DNA of 64,000 nucleotides from Octopus sinensis (GCF_006345805.1 NC_043009.1:15128001-15192000), one strand, 5' to 3'. Shown: positions 40,719 to 55,247, numbered from the stretch's first letter. Program-made: numbers and translations. The notes: a model not told the origin generated them from the letters alone.

Positions 40719-41408
40719 CGAGATCTGATCAATAAGTATCCGGACAGTTGCCATAGTAACGAAGCTAAAGTACACAAAGTGAAGCTGCTGGGTAAAGATT
40801 GACCTGCAACCCATCTGTGCATGCGCCCTAAGTTTTAACGTTTACAGCAGTGCTTGGAATGAAAGTGTGTAGTGTGTGATCGTCGGATTAACCACGACAG
40901 AGGAAGTTGTCATGGTGATACCCGCTGAAAGGCCTACGCAAAGTTGCAGAATGTGTATGAAGAGGAGTGTGTGAACCGCACACAAGTGTACAAGTAGTTC
41001 AGACATTTCCAAGATAGCCGAAGAAATGTCGATATTGCCGAAGGTTCTGGGAGACCCGCAACGAGCAGAACTGAGAAAACCATCACAGATGTGCAGGTAG
41101 CTGTGAGAGAAAATCGTTGAATCACCATCCGTGAGTTATCAGAGGATGTGCAGAACTGCACAGTTTTCGCCAGAACTGCTTTTAGCTGAACAAAAAAACA
41201 CTCGGATTTTAGTTGCACAATATCTCCTTCATTGTGTCGAGAACAATAAAAAGTATTTTAAAATTCTCAGTGTTTGGCAAAATCTGATGCCGATTCTCAG
41301 CTCCACTTCCTCTTTCATGGTCATACCACACGCTACACACTTTCTTTCCAAGCAATGCTCTAAACAGTAGAAGTGGATTAGAACGTTAAAACTAATGCTT
41401 ATGCACTG
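40719..41408 (+). mobile_element. Mariner derivative with the 5' TIR, N-terminal HTH region and an inverted copy of its 5' UTR
   Basis: TA|CGAGATCTGATCAATAAGTATCCGGAC; AYAKLQNVYEEECVNRTQVYK*FRHFQ...SGRP...ENR*ITIRELSEDV; about 41302-41407 is the inverse of about 40818-40908. Confidence 0.8.
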
Positions 41409-41409
41409 T

Positions 41410-42610
41410 AAAGTTGAATTTTCGGAGAATATGCACTTTCAAGTCTTTTTCAATCGAATATGTGCCCATTAAACGTTTTGTTTAATTGTTCTGTTGTACA
41501 GCCAGCATAAATCAAGTTGGGTTTCGTGCATTCTGCCGCGTACACCAAATGGTGTATAAATCCTGATAGAATTCACTCGACTCATCTTGTTGCACAATGA
41601 TCAGGGCTTACCTCTCTTGCAGCTGTTTTTCAAGGTACAGCGTACAGATACTCCAATGTTCGTTTTCTTGCAGTCAGAAAAAAAGGAAAATAATTCCCTT
41701 ATATTCTTATTCCGTCTAAATTCTAGAATAGTCTGCTGAGGAAATATCTGTTTGAAACGAGGATATTTTTTCTAAACATGCTGGTAACTTTCATGCAAGA
41801 TTTATTGAAATGCCAGCGAGATTTCGGTGCCACTTTAGCACAAAAAGAATTCTGACATCTATTGTACAGTGTTTGCTAAAATTATGCGTGAAGCTTTGAC
41901 CATCTTTGCTAAGTTTAACTATTTCATTTGCCATGTCCTTTAATCTTGATTCACTGTAACCGTGTTTGACATATTGATGTACAAAGGCATTTGCATGTTT
42001 CCAGTAATCTCCTATGTTAGTACAAATCCGTTTTATCCTCAAAATTGAGATTTCGGATTTGACCGAATAATATGATGTGGATGATCGGAGAGGCGGTGGA
42101 AATAAATGTGGGTGACGTGGGCTTGCAAAATAATTCTGTCACTACTCTGCCACCAGACAGCTTGACATTTGTGTCCAAAAGTTCAACGCTAGTTTTTGAA
42201 AAAGTAGACATAAATTTTATGTTGGACTTAAAGTTATAGTTTCCAGCATGGCAGTCCCAGGAATGCAAGAAATCCATTAAACTATCTTGTGATCCTTCCC
42301 AGACAACAAATACATCATCAAGGAACCGTAACATGAGCCTTGGTTCATGACTTGAAAGGTTGTTTTGAATGTCTTCAGTAACTTTGTCTCGAATTTCGTC
42401 ATGAAGGCATTTGCGAAATTAACTGCCATGGGGGTAGACATGACGCAACCCTTCGTCTGGTGGTAAAATAATGTCGAGGACTGTGTTTTGGTAATCATAG
42501 AAGTTTCTGGCTTATATCACATTATTGAGTACAATGCAGGAGTAAATAAGCAGTCAAACAAAAGATTGCCATCAAAAATCTACAGAGAAAATTGGATACT
42601 GTGCGACGTC
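41410..42610 (-). mobile_element. Neptune-like PLE RT to GIY-YIG remnant
   Basis: QTKGCVMSTPMAVNFANAFM, RFLDDVFVVW, LLDTNV...TELFCKPT, SDHPHHI...RIKRICT, GYS, a Cys-rich linker and GCTTEQLNKTFNGH. Confidence 0.88.
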
Positions 42611-42613
42611 TTC

Positions 42614-42657
<44 letters not shown>

Positions 42658-42832
42658 TAATAATGATAATAATAATAATATATAATAATAATATAATAAT
42701 AATATAATAATAATAATAATATAATAATAATATAATAATAATAAATAATAATAATAATAATAATATAATAATAATAATAATATAATAATAATAATATAAT
42801 AATAATAATAATAATAATAATGATAATAATAA
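42614..42832 (+). repeat. (AAT)n microsatellite
   Basis: Direct inspection. Confidence 0.95.
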
Positions 42833-43049
42833 TTGCTGCCATATTCATCATTCTTAAAATATTGGCGGAAGGATCGAGTTTATTCCATCCACTACATTAT
42901 TTAGCTTGTATTTCTTTTATCTCCTCCGAAGGGATGAATGTCACAGTCAATGTAAGTTAGATAAAATATAACCTTCCTGGCACTTAGAGAGTACAGAAGG
43001 AATATAGATTGAAACATTTAGAGATATAATATTATGTGACAACACTGAG

Positions 43050-44100
43050 AAAAATACAATACTTAAAGGTGAGTAAATGGAACCTGTGTAATTTAATAAA
43101 AAACTGAAGAAAACAGAAAATAAAATTCACAAAAGAGAAAACGGTCAAGTGCAAACAAGAACGAAACTCACGCAAAGCAAAGTTTTAATCACTTAACAAA
43201 AGAAAATATATTGAAAATTCAAAACCGTAAATACAATACTGAAATAAAAACAAATCAGCAGTAATGAACACACAAGTCCAAGTTTATGAAACTTAAAACA
43301 AAGATTTCAAGTGGTAGGAGAACAATGAAAATGAATAATAAATCAACAAAAACAATATTCAGAACACTGGTTGACTAATGTTGGACAACACATAAGCATT
43401 TCATTGCAGTGAATTTCGAAAGTCCTGCAGCAGAAGGAAATAATGCATTTTATATATTCTACTGTAAAACAATTTAAAATACAACTATACGTGACAAGAA
43501 TTGATCCTCAGTTACAGATAAAAACTTCATGATATATGAAAAGTAAAAAATATATAGTACCATGAATAAAAACACAAAAAATCATGTTGAATTGTTGAAA
43601 ATATATACAGTATCAATATCACAAGAGTTAATTAATCAATGTCTATAAATTTTATTGGCGAATCAGTTGAAACTTATTATGAAAGAAAACTTCCACTCCT
43701 TATTGAAATCAACATCTAAAACATTGACCAAATTGTGTTGATATAAAGCAGAGTGGGAAACATGAAAACAAAACCCATTTGTTATTGTAAGACTCTTTGT
43801 AAGGATTCGATGACACTAAATCTTTTTTGACTAGCAACATTGCAGTCTTCAAATTAAATCAAGGAGGAATCACATACAAATGATATAAAATGAAATTCAA
43901 CTATCAATTTTGCGCGTATGACTTCGATTTGTAAGTGTAGACGAAAAATTAGCAGGATTCAGTAAAACAAAGAAATTCTGAGATAAGTTTACATTTCATA
44001 AACCTTCTGTGGATCAACTAGAAATACACATGTAAGCGGCGAAGAAAAGGAAGAAGTCTTTCGAGGGAAACATTTCACTTGTTGTGAACTACTCCTGAGA
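43050..44100 (+). mobile_element. Possible very old R4/Dong-like RT remnant
   Basis: A-rich coding-like strand with eroded motifs (KSPAAEG resembling KSPG.DG; YQFCAYDFDL resembling HL.Y.DDLKL); weak. Confidence 0.3.
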
Positions 44101-44972
44101 TATGAGGTAACATTTTTCCCGCTATTAACTGAATATGAGCAACTCATAAGCTTGCACATTAGTGAGTCGCCTAATTTACACAATTTATTTTTTATTCATT
44201 TCTAGGCTCAGTATATTTCTATGCACAACGCAGCATATATCAGAATAAGTGAAATAAATTTAAATATTGTAAAGCTGTAGTGCGAAACGCAGTTTAGGTA
44301 TTAGTTCTAATTTAGTAAACATCAGGGATCATAGTTGAAAAGTCGAAAGCTGCGCAGATAATCATGTTTGATACAGACACAGAGATTACACATTAACATA
44401 TATAACCTATTTGGAAAAGCTATCCAAATATAAACGTGGACAATTAGAAATGAAGAGATTATGGTAATTAAGAATTAAAAAATAAACGCTACTTCGAAAC
44501 GTTTGTATTATGTATGTTTAATTTAGTGCAAAGTAATATATTCCAGTAATATATAAACACATTTATAATATATTTAGACTTTGAGAAATTGCACGAATTA
44601 AATTTATTATATATAATGATATTCGATTCAACAGAAGACTATATGAATGAAAAAATCCACTAAATGCAAAATCGAACTACATTCGGTTTTGAAGTGAAAC
44701 TTCTCAGCAATGAGACACGTTGAATTACTAGACTTTACAGCATAGTCATATAACTGCTGTGCCTTATTTGGGAGATGACGTATTTGATTAAATTGTTAGA
44801 AAATTCATTGATATTTTTTCTCTTTCACCCGAACAGAGGAAATGACTGCAGATGGATTCGAATACAGAACGTGGAAACATTTAACTAAACATTTATGGAA
44901 TTACTGCAATTCCCTTTTGGCTATGATACATAAAAATTAACTATGAATAATAAATCGATTATATATTTTCGT

Positions 44973-45207
44973 TAAAGACGGCGAGCTGGCAAAAACGTTA
45001 GCACGCTGGGCGAAATGCTTAGCGGTATTTCGTCTGCGTTACGTTGTGAGTTCAAATTCCGCCGAGGTCGACTTTGCCTTTCATCCTTTCGGGGTCGATA
45101 AATTAAGTACCAGTTACGCAGTGGGGTCGATATAATCGACTTAATACCTATGTCTGTCCTTGTTTGTCCCCTCTGTGTGTAGCTCCTTGTGGGTAATAAA
45201 GAAATGG
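44973..45207 (+). mobile_element. Full-length Meta-domain tRNA SINE
   Basis: GGCGAGCTGGCAAAAACGTTAGCAC head, GAGTTCAAATTCC B-box, GCCTTTCATCCTTTCGGGGTCGATAAATTAAGTACCAG core; 16-bp TSD gattatatattttcgt at 44957-44972 and 45208-45223. Confidence 0.95.
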
Positions 45208-46009
45208 GATTATATATTTTCGTCATTAGAATTGCTTGCAGTCTCCACGTAAAGCATAATTGTTTGGAATAGAAAAAATCGCTTCACTGTCTTCTGAACC
45301 AGGTAGTTGAGGATCGATTCACACTTTCGCCAGATGAAATATATTCTAAATCACATAACTGGCACCAATAAAATATTTTCGTTAGAAAGTAGCTATCTGA
45401 TTAATTCAGGTCTTAAATACTGTACATAGTTACTGATGATGATGATGATGATGATGATCACAGTATCATAATCAACACCATTTACGAAGTAATATCATTA
45501 GCATGATTCCAATTTTATTGAAGTTGTTTTAGAAGTAAGAAATCTTTGATGACGCCTTCTGGACTTTCTTAAAATAGCTTCTAACATCTTTCTAAATTCT
45601 CACTATATTTCCGCAAAAGACATGAGCATATGTTCATATGGAACTGGGTGCAGGTTTTTCAAGAAAATAGTGAAATTACTGCATTCACCAAGTATATTAC
45701 CGTAGTTTTAATTAAACAAGAATGACTCGGTGCTACGCCACAACAGAAATAACTATAAAATGCGAAAATATTTCTATCGTTATACCTCCCTATATTCATC
45801 ATCGACCCCATCAGTGTTATCATGAGTAATATTTTATAAGAAGTGCGAGAACTTCTTACAGACCAACAGATATCCACACTCAATTACATACACGTACACA
45901 TATATATGTATGCGTTTATATGTTTGTGTGTGTGTGCGTGTGCATACTCAAGATCACGCAAAAGTAAAGCAATAATAATATTTCGGAATAAATTCATACC
46001 AGAGAATAT

Positions 46010-46447
46010 TCTTTTCTACTATAGTCACAAGGCATGAAATTTGGGGGAAGGGGACAGTCGATTTCATCGACCCTAGGGCGTGAATGGTACTTATTTTATC
46101 GATCTCGAAAGGATGAAAGGCAAAGTCGACATCGGCGGAATTTGAACTCAGAACGTAGCGACAGGCAAAATACAGCTAAGCAGTTCGTCCAGCGTACTAA
46201 ACATTCTGCCAGCTCGTCTCCTTCATCCCAGAGAAAGTTCTTTTCTCCTGTAGCACAAGGCCCGAAGTTTTGAGGGAGTGGGCCAGTTGATTAGATCGAG
46301 TACGCAACTTGTACTTAATTTATCGACCCGAAAGGATGAAAGGCACAATCAACCTCGGCGAAATTTGAACTCAGAACGTAACGGCAGACGAAATACCGCT
46401 AAACATTTCGCCCGGCGCGCTAACTTTTCTGCTAGCGGGCCACCTTC
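46010..46447 (-). mobile_element. Two tandem Meta-domain SINEs (about 46010-46223 and 46240-46447)
   Basis: Each contains aaaggatgaaaggca...tttgaactcagaacgta; they are separated and flanked by a cataccagagaatatt-like motif. Confidence 0.9.
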
Positions 46448-46649
46448 ACACCAGCAAATATTGAACTTAAATGAGTAAGGATGAGTCATGGTCTTACATA
46501 TAAACTACCGTATATCGTACAGGTATAGTTTACTGTCTTTCTTAGCATTGTGGTACAAAGAAAGAACATCACAAGAACGAAGTGCTAAAACTGATTAAAA
46601 TATGAACTCGCTTATTTTGCTTCCTTCCATGATATAAATATTGACGCCG

Positions 46650-46846
46650 AAGTTTGGCACAAGGCCAGCAATTTTGGAGGAGCGAGTAAGCTGATAACAT
46701 CGGCCCAGTACTCCAATGGTACTTATTTTATTGACACCGAAAGTAGCAAAGGCAAAGTCGACATAGGCATCATTTTCACTTAGATGAACGGAATGCCGCT
46801 AAGCATCATGCTTAGGGTGCTAATTATTCTACCAAATCCCTACCTT
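46650..46846 (-). mobile_element. Diverged Meta-domain SINE
   Basis: ggtacttattttattgacaccgaaag..aaaggcaaagtcgac; flanked by ccttccat.atata...ttgac repeats. Confidence 0.75.
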
Positions 46847-46929
46847 CCATAATATAGGTGTTGACTTCAGAACAAAAATCTCATTTCCTGCTTCTTCCAT
46901 AATTTGTGTTTTGATGTAAGAATTTGATA

Positions 46930-48680
46930 AAGTTTCTTTTTTAAGCGTTCACATCTTTTTTTCCCAATGCTATAAGATTTCGCCCGGTTAATTATTTCCC
47001 ATTTGTATCCTTAATCTTCCAAATTACTTTACTAAACCTAGTGCTTGCATCATTTCTCCTATCTCTAAAGATGTTTTCAAGGTTCGCTATACATTCTTAA
47101 CATAATTTTCAGCAGATGTTGCCTTACACCCATATATGACACCATTTTTCCCTACAAAATCTTAATGGATATCGAACTTCCTTGGCACAATCACAGATTT
47201 TATTTGTAAGAGCATTCCTTGTTTTCTTACCAAATATGCTGCGCTTGTATACTATGTCTTCGGAGTTACTGTCGTTATATTCATTTAATATATTAGGAGT
47301 CTTAACTCTTAACTTATCCACTTTGTCATTGCTTTCCTTTTTATATTGTTTTCTCTTTCACTGTTATTGCTACTGTTAAAAATACCATAATTTATATTTG
47401 TATTATTAATATTTGTGTTTCTAGTATCCTTTTTTCTTATTTTAGATTGTATGCTTGTGCATTTTTATTCTAGTGGGGAAATCTCTAAAAAGTTACCTCC
47501 CTTCCGTCATTTATTGTGCATATCATACTCTCATTAGATTCTTCGTTATTTTAATCAGTTAATAATTCATTTATATTCTCTTTACAGTTATTATTATAGG
47601 AATATTTTAACCTTTTAGTATTTTGTGTAGCTATAATTTATACCATGTTTCTTAAAGTGCAAAAGTGAGCTCTTAATTAGTGCGAGTTTATAATTTTACG
47701 GTATTTATTTTTGTCGGAAAAATGTTTAGAGAACGCTTTGTAGAATAATTTCACTATATTTGTTCTAATTTATATTGCAAAAAGTTATTAAGCGCAATAT
47801 TATATCTCAGAATAATTTTAAGGGGTAAATTTCATTTATACATGAGGTGTGATATTTTACAGAATTGCTAGGAACATTACCGTTTGGCTCCTCAAATCCC
47901 ACGATTTTGTTTTTTATTGTACTATTTTGGTTTGTATTTATATTGTTATAATTACTCTTATTATAGTGTTTTTTATAGACTTACTTTCTATCTTACCATC
48001 TTTGATTTTTACTAGCACCTACGTTTTTTATATGTTTCTTGGTGTGATTCCTATATTATTCTTATCTGATTTATACGCTATTCCGACTGTAAAGATTTTA
48101 TATTTATATTTGTTTATTTTTCTGTTAATATCATTATTGCGAATCTTGTTTAGCGTATTATTACTCCTATAGGGATTTAAGCTTGGTCTATAGTATTTCA
48201 ACCTTTTGCCTATATTCGGCTTTATCGTGTGCAATGTTATAATAATCCACATTCTGTTTAATGAGTTTCTCCTTTGCCGAGAGATTGGAAATTCCCTTTC
48301 AAATATTTTCAACTAATTTATGTGTACATTAATGTACCTTAGACTAGTATTTGTTTTATGGTAGGGTTTATATTTACCTGTTTGTCGATCTAGGTCCATG
48401 TCCAAGACGTTGACGGAATTATGTTCATTTTTGATTATGATTGATAGCTCCATATTTTTGAAAAAAATATACAATCACCTTTTTTATACATTTCTAATCT
48501 TCTATTAGAGATGTTACTCCAGGGTAAAAAGTGAATCATCCCTGTATAGACCCATCAAAGTTTCAGAAAGTCGCTGCCTAAGTGAAATCGTATGCCTACT
48601 CCCACTAAATCTGTGAATTGTGCTGCGTCAGCAGATCCCATTCTTATGTTAAAGCTATCACTAGTATCTGTTCTTACTTA
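46930..48680 (-). mobile_element. PLE RT to GIY-YIG remnant (YRDD type)
   Basis: FNIRMGSADAAQFTDLVG, GLYRDDSL, VNVLDMDLDRQTGKYKPYHKTN..YIN, and KNGVIYGCK preceded by CDC..YPL. Confidence 0.82.
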
Positions 48681-48693
48681 TATGCATATACAT

Positions 48694-48745
<52 letters not shown>

Positions 48746-48753
48746 GTATGTGT

Positions 48754-48807
<54 letters not shown>

Positions 48808-51800
48808 ATACATACTTACGTAAAACACAAACGTTGTGCACATGTGTAGTATATATCTATATGTTTGCATGAACGTTCACTGGTGTACAGAAGCAAATCT
48901 CCGTTCTCTGAAGAGTAAAATGAAATCAAATTTTGCATGTGTCAACTCCCGAAAGCTGAATAAACTTACGCTTGTCCAATTATGCACGTTTGGCATGAAT
49001 ACAAAAGATATCTGTCTTCCAATACAGTTGTTGCTTCAAATGAAGCAGAAATTGATTTAAATGTTTTCTTTCTGTAGCATAAGGTTTTGTCAGTAACAAT
49101 ACCAAATGTTAATCATAAATTGTATAATTCATAATAGCATTTAGAGCGCTACAATCTGAAATATACTATGTTTATATTTCTTTTACATTTCCGAACATGG
49201 TTGATTTCGAAATACCAATTAAAACATAATACATAAAAAAGAAACATAAAGTAAAATATTAATTGTGTGTCTTTTAATATTTTATCACCTCCGCATAAAT
49301 GCTGACAGCTTGCAGTAATAGATTTGACATATAACCTATAAGACCTAGTCGACTCTCTGGCTAACTAACTAAAATATTTATTACCTACGTTTAGTATATT
49401 GTATATTTTTGTACATATATTTTTTTTATTTTCCGATAGCCTTCTCCAAGATTGCCAAGGGATTTGGTTTTACAGCGGTTAAAGAAATGTCAGACTTCTA
49501 TATTAAATTGAATACGAATGTAAAAATATGGCTATTCAGAGGAATATATGAGCAAAACAATAGTAAAAAACATATTGTTTTAATGTGTTGATATTTTCTG
49601 CTTGATTTAACTTGATATAAAAAATCGACTTTCATTTCGTATCTGATGTAATAACTGGAGCTAGAAAACTTTGTCTTTATACTTCCAAGCGAATAAAAAA
49701 TGGAAAAAGAACCATGCTCTGACTAGGATAAGGAATGAAATAATTTTATTAATGGATATATTTTCTTTTTCAGCTATAAAATATGAAAGTATTTCTCATA
49801 GTTATCTCGACTCTCTCATAATGGTAGATTTATGTTCCCACCTCAGACTAAAAATATTTATCATTACAACAATATTACCCGTCAAATGAAGGTAAATTTT
49901 CGAAGTATATTTCTAAGGGCAAATAGCAGTTATAATAAGTTCACTTCTTTGAGGATTTTCTCTGCTTATGCAAAATGATGGAATGAATACTAATTTTCAA
50001 AATAACAATATTAATGACTATAAAATAAAATTGATTAAATTAAATTAGAGGAAAAGTCACCTTTCATTTTATCAACATAATTGCAATCTTTTCTATTAAA
50101 ATCATATCTGTTTTGCACATGAAAAATAAACACTTTTCAAAAATTACAAGGCATCGGACCTATATCTTCATGTTAGCTTCATGTCTCCATATGCCTCATT
50201 TGCTCTTTCTCCCCTCTCTATACAATGTAATGCGCCACAGGAAGAAAAATAACCAAACAACATTAATACCGCCTATTACTACAGAGACGTTTTATATATA
50301 CTCGGATAAAATTCAAGAATCATGATGTCTTCATAGTAAATATGACGAACATAAAATTAGACACCTCACACGTTTTATGTATCAACAATTATAATGCCTA
50401 ATGTATTGCTTTTTTTTGCTTTTTTTTTAAGGCGGTATGCTAGGATGTTGGGAAACCATCTAGAAGCACTATTGATGAATACTGAGACCAACCAGTACTT
50501 ATCGCTGACTTCATCAACGGGGAAATATATTTGAGTAGCGATGTACCAGGTAAGACGCTATTCATGAATACCAGAAAAACTCCGCTCATCCCCTATATCT
50601 ATCTCTCTCAGTCTCTCTCTGTGTCTTTCTCTCTATTTATCTATCTCCGTTCCCAAATAGGAGGTCGGTAAGAATTGTCGGTTGCGTTATATACGTATTC
50701 AGATGCGGCGCTAATTATAATTTATTTAGAAAAGATTGCACTAGTGGTCCGAGTAAAAGCTAGTAGTGAAATTTAATATGTAGGTTATGTAGATACAAAA
50801 CAATTATTATTAGCATTTTAAGCAGAAGTAGGAGATAGAAAACGTAACGTTATTGCTAAACGTGGTGCTTCGTAGTGCTGTAAGGAGAAATGGAAAGAAA
50901 ATATGCAATAATTTAGTCCTTGCGCTGAAATATTAAATCATTCCAAGCGAGTAAGCATTTCGTTTTGATTTTTGGATGTGATTAGGAAAAGTATATGAAT
51001 GAGAATCTTTGAAATTAACCAAAGCAATATGTAACTTTTTATGCAACCTGTAACTTTCAATAAGTTACTAAATGAAAAGATGAATTCCGAAATGTTTAGA
51101 TTTTCTAGCATTTAGCCAAGATACTATCCATTAAGTCTTGTGAAGTTCTTATACTTCCTTTCTATTATTAGAAAAAAACTTTTTCATATCATTTTGCCTC
51201 ATCACACTTTACCGATATTCTTGTGTGTATGGGTGTGTATATGTGTGTGCACGCACGCGTTTTTTGTATAGATGCATACATATATACATTTCTTATGCTG
51301 ATCGAGATTCTGCTAGCTTGTCATTTATAATCAATTTTCCTTGTATCTTCCTGCTATTTCGAATACATTCTGTTTCCGACTATATACACTTTCATTTAGA
51401 CTTGCTGGCGGATAGCCAAATGGTCGATTGAAGCTGTCAGTCGTACGCACGTTGTAGTTTACTTAACTTGATCGTTAATCACATTTATTTATTATCAGTC
51501 CCATCGGCTCAGCTAGTTAACCGAATGCAAGCATATTTGATCTGATCGTTTCTGGTATATCTGCCGTGTGGTGTGAGACAAGCTGTATGGTACAATGCAA
51601 CAGTTAGCGAGCAAACTTCAAATCCCGGTACTGCCATTATAGAATCAGTTACTCTAGAAAGGAAACAATTATAGCTATATGCACAACACGCCTACGATAT
51701 TTTAGTAAGCATTAAAAAAATGTGATTGCATAAGCGATATACTATATCATGAATAATTAACTTTCTAATACTAACAATTATGCATATTAAGCAAATGAAT

Positions 51801-54176
51801 ATTTAAAAACTAAATTAAGTAACCTCAGTTAATGAAGTATAAATTCATAAAGAAAATTCTATAAATCTCTCGTAATATTACTGGATTAGTTTCGAATGTA
51901 TTTTAAATCGACAGAATAGTCTCACTTACCTACGACATTTGAGAATTCTGAAGTTGTGAGGGATTTGATCTGAGAACGGGTGATGAAACTAAAGCAATTA
52001 AAATGTAGAAGACTCATGTTTAGCATTAAAAAAACACAAAAATTGTAATTAATTATTATCATTATTATTTGGCGTCAATATTTTTAATGTACAATCTACG
52101 ACTATATAACTGAATTTTGTTTCAAGCGTTCGCATAATTTTTATTAGTGAAAATTGATGACATGAACAACACTTCATATATAGTTACTGTCCCCAAGGAC
52201 AACGAAATAATTGCGGACTAGATTCGATAGGATACAAGCTTTCCGTAAAGTCTTGAAATTTGCACCGAGATGTGTGAATGTTCTTCAAATATGAATGAAT
52301 GAATAAAATTCCACTTTGGGTTTATATATATATATAATTAAGATTCAGGTGAATTAGATACTTAAGGGGGGGCACCAAATCAGTCTGGTATTATCTGCAC
52401 ACCTCGAAAGTGAATAAAGAATAAGGGCTTATTATCCTTGTTACTTATTTACTTTATATATGTGTGTGTGTGTGGTGTGTGTGTGTGTGTGTGTGTGTGT
52501 GTATTACATGGAAAAATGCGAGCAAGAGAAATACTATTCTTCAGATTATAAACTGGGAAAGGTACAGGACAACTTATTACATCTGGTGAAGTACAGAACA
52601 AGAAAACTTTTGCTTAAAATATTAAATATTTAGAAAATATTAGCTTTTATTAAAACTAAAAATTTTATTACAAGGTATTACTTCTATTTATTTATTACTT
52701 GTTACGTCTACTAAAAATAAAAGAATCCAGTAAATTAAAATAAATTTTGCCTACCATATATACTATTCTACTTTGCATATAACTTTAACTATATTGGTAC
52801 TTCTGATTCTCGTTTTTTAAAGTATTCTAGTGTGTCAATATCTTGACAAAATGATGGTACCTTTTTTTAAAATTATGATGCAACTTTGTAAATTATAATC
52901 AAATAATTTTTAATATTCAAATTGTATCCTTAGCTGCAATATTTTAAGTAAAATCTTTCTTGTTTTGTACTTTACTAGATGTAATAACTTGTCTTTTTCA
53001 AGTTTATAATCTTAAGAATAATATTTCTCTTGTTCTTATTTTTAAATGTAATCCATGTTTTTCCAGACTATGGTATTATGCTAATTAACAGTGTGTCAAA
53101 TGTGCCAATTAGCATTGTTGTTAATAATTTTTTCATTACCTCAATGATGCCGGTGACATATATTAAAAGTCCCCTTACAGAACTATATCCATAAAAATAG
53201 TATAGAACTATATTATCATGCTCAAATTTGAGAAACAAAGACACTCATAATTTTTCTTAAAACTTCATTGCATGAGATTGATACCATGAAATTCTCGAAT
53301 TGAGCTCTATCGTTTAAGCTTAATTAAAGTATAGTTTGTTTTTAAAATTAAAAAAATAGTTAATTATACTTAAATCCAATTTTCTGCCTTACTTATACAT
53401 TTTTTTATGATATCTTACCTCACATCACTTTTGATACAAATTTTTGTTGTATGAGATCAAAACAATAAAATTTACCATGCTTTGTTCTATCGTTGAAGCT
53501 AAGATTAATATATTTTGTTTTTAAAATAAGAAGTTATTTAAATCGAAACGTGATTAGAGACGTTACTTACTCTCCTATAAAGTTGCTAAAAATTCTGAGG
53601 TAATCTCTTTCCTACTGGACCAAATCTCAATTCGTTCTGCCAAATTGTAACAAAGGACGAGTCCTCTTCAAAGATGTTAGCAGGTTTTAATTTGGCTAAG
53701 GACTGAATTAGTGACAAGCTCTGAAAGATGCTGTATGTGAGTAAATTATGGCCTTAAGAATATTATTCAACCTCTATCATAGTTGAACGATACATATTTT
53801 TGTATACGTTGGTGATGTCGTGGCACGTGAGTTCCGAGTATTTGAGGAGTGTAGAACCACCTCTTAACCACTAATGTTTGCAGTTTTATTCTGTCAGAAC
53901 CCCAGCAATGTGTTAACTAGCATGTGACCGACAAGAATGAAGGACCCATTAGTTCTCGTGAGATTTTTATTCGTTTGAATAAAAAACTTGACTTGCTATT
54001 GATTTTTGGTAATTTTGCTTAATGCGCTGAAGTGTGTGTTCGGTGGTGTAAAACGCTTCACTAATTCAAAACAAATTAAGATACAGGAGTTTCTTTGACT
54101 CTTGGAAAGAATGCATTGATTTACAGTGTTTAGAAGGTGGTCTTACTCGGTTATAAGTTAACTTTCATCATATATA

Positions 54177-54228
<52 letters not shown>

Positions 54229-54311
54229 GGTCCCGGGTTGATCCGGGGTTAACCACAGTAAGTAAGGTACTCAATACATAGCAGAGTAAAATTAATTTAT
54301 TATATAGAAGG

Positions 54312-54362
54312 AGCTTCTACAGGACTAGTACTGTTTCATTCAAGAGAAATCTTCAGGAAGCT
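54312..54362 (-). ncRNA. Type I hammerhead ribozyme, family D
   Basis: Exact reverse complement of 55248-55298. Confidence 0.85.
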
Positions 54363-54805
54363 ATTAACAAGAATTGTATTAGCATTTATACATTTAGGCA
54401 GGTTTAAAGGAGTGGTGGTGGGGGACTTTTTTGGGGGTAGGCATAGCGCAAAATATCATACTTGGGGGAGTGGTCAAGGAGTCAGTGGTAAGTTAGATGA
54501 AAGAATAGATAAATAAAAAAATAAAAATAAAAAATAAAAAATAAAAAATAAAAAATAAAAAATAAAAAATAAAAAAATAATGTATATGTATATGTATGTG
54601 TATGAGTGTACGAATGGGTGTATGTACGTGCTAATGAGTGTGCGTGCGGGAACGAGTACTTGCCTTCTAGTAGACAGACAATTGGACATGCTGCCATCGC
54701 CAGGATCCTTAGCCCTAGCGATCAAAGATAACAAAAGTAATAAATGAAGATAATAAAATTAAAATTAGGGAATGGGCCTGTATTTGATTGTGTATATATA
54801 TATAT

Positions 54806-54857
<52 letters not shown>

Positions 54858-55247
54858 GTATGTACGTGTATGTGTAGGTATGTATAGGCACACATGTGTA
54901 CGTATGTGTGTGTGTATGTATATGTGTTTATGTATGTATGTGCACACATTTTATTTTTTTTATTTTTTTTATTTTATTTTTATTTATTTTTTTATTTTTT
55001 TTATTTATTTTTTTTTTTTTTTTATTTTTTTTTTTTTATTTTTTAATTTTTATTTTTTATTTTTTATTTTTTATTTTTTATTTTAATTTTTTTTATTTAT
55101 CTATTCTTTCATCTAACTTACCACTGACTCCTTGACCACTCCCCCAAGTATGATATTTTGCGCTATGCCTACCCCCAAAAAAGTCCCCCACCACCACTCC
55201 TTTAAACCTGCCTAAATGTATAAATGCTAATACAATTCTTGTTAAAT

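Noticed and set aside
41737-41765. CTGAGGA...GAAAC on the plus strand
   Set aside because: Antisense to a PLE ORF, and lacks the UH site and helix I.
53571-53720. Minus-strand exon candidate with a GTAAGT donor
   Set aside because: The best frame stops before the donor and the acceptor pyrimidine tract is weak.
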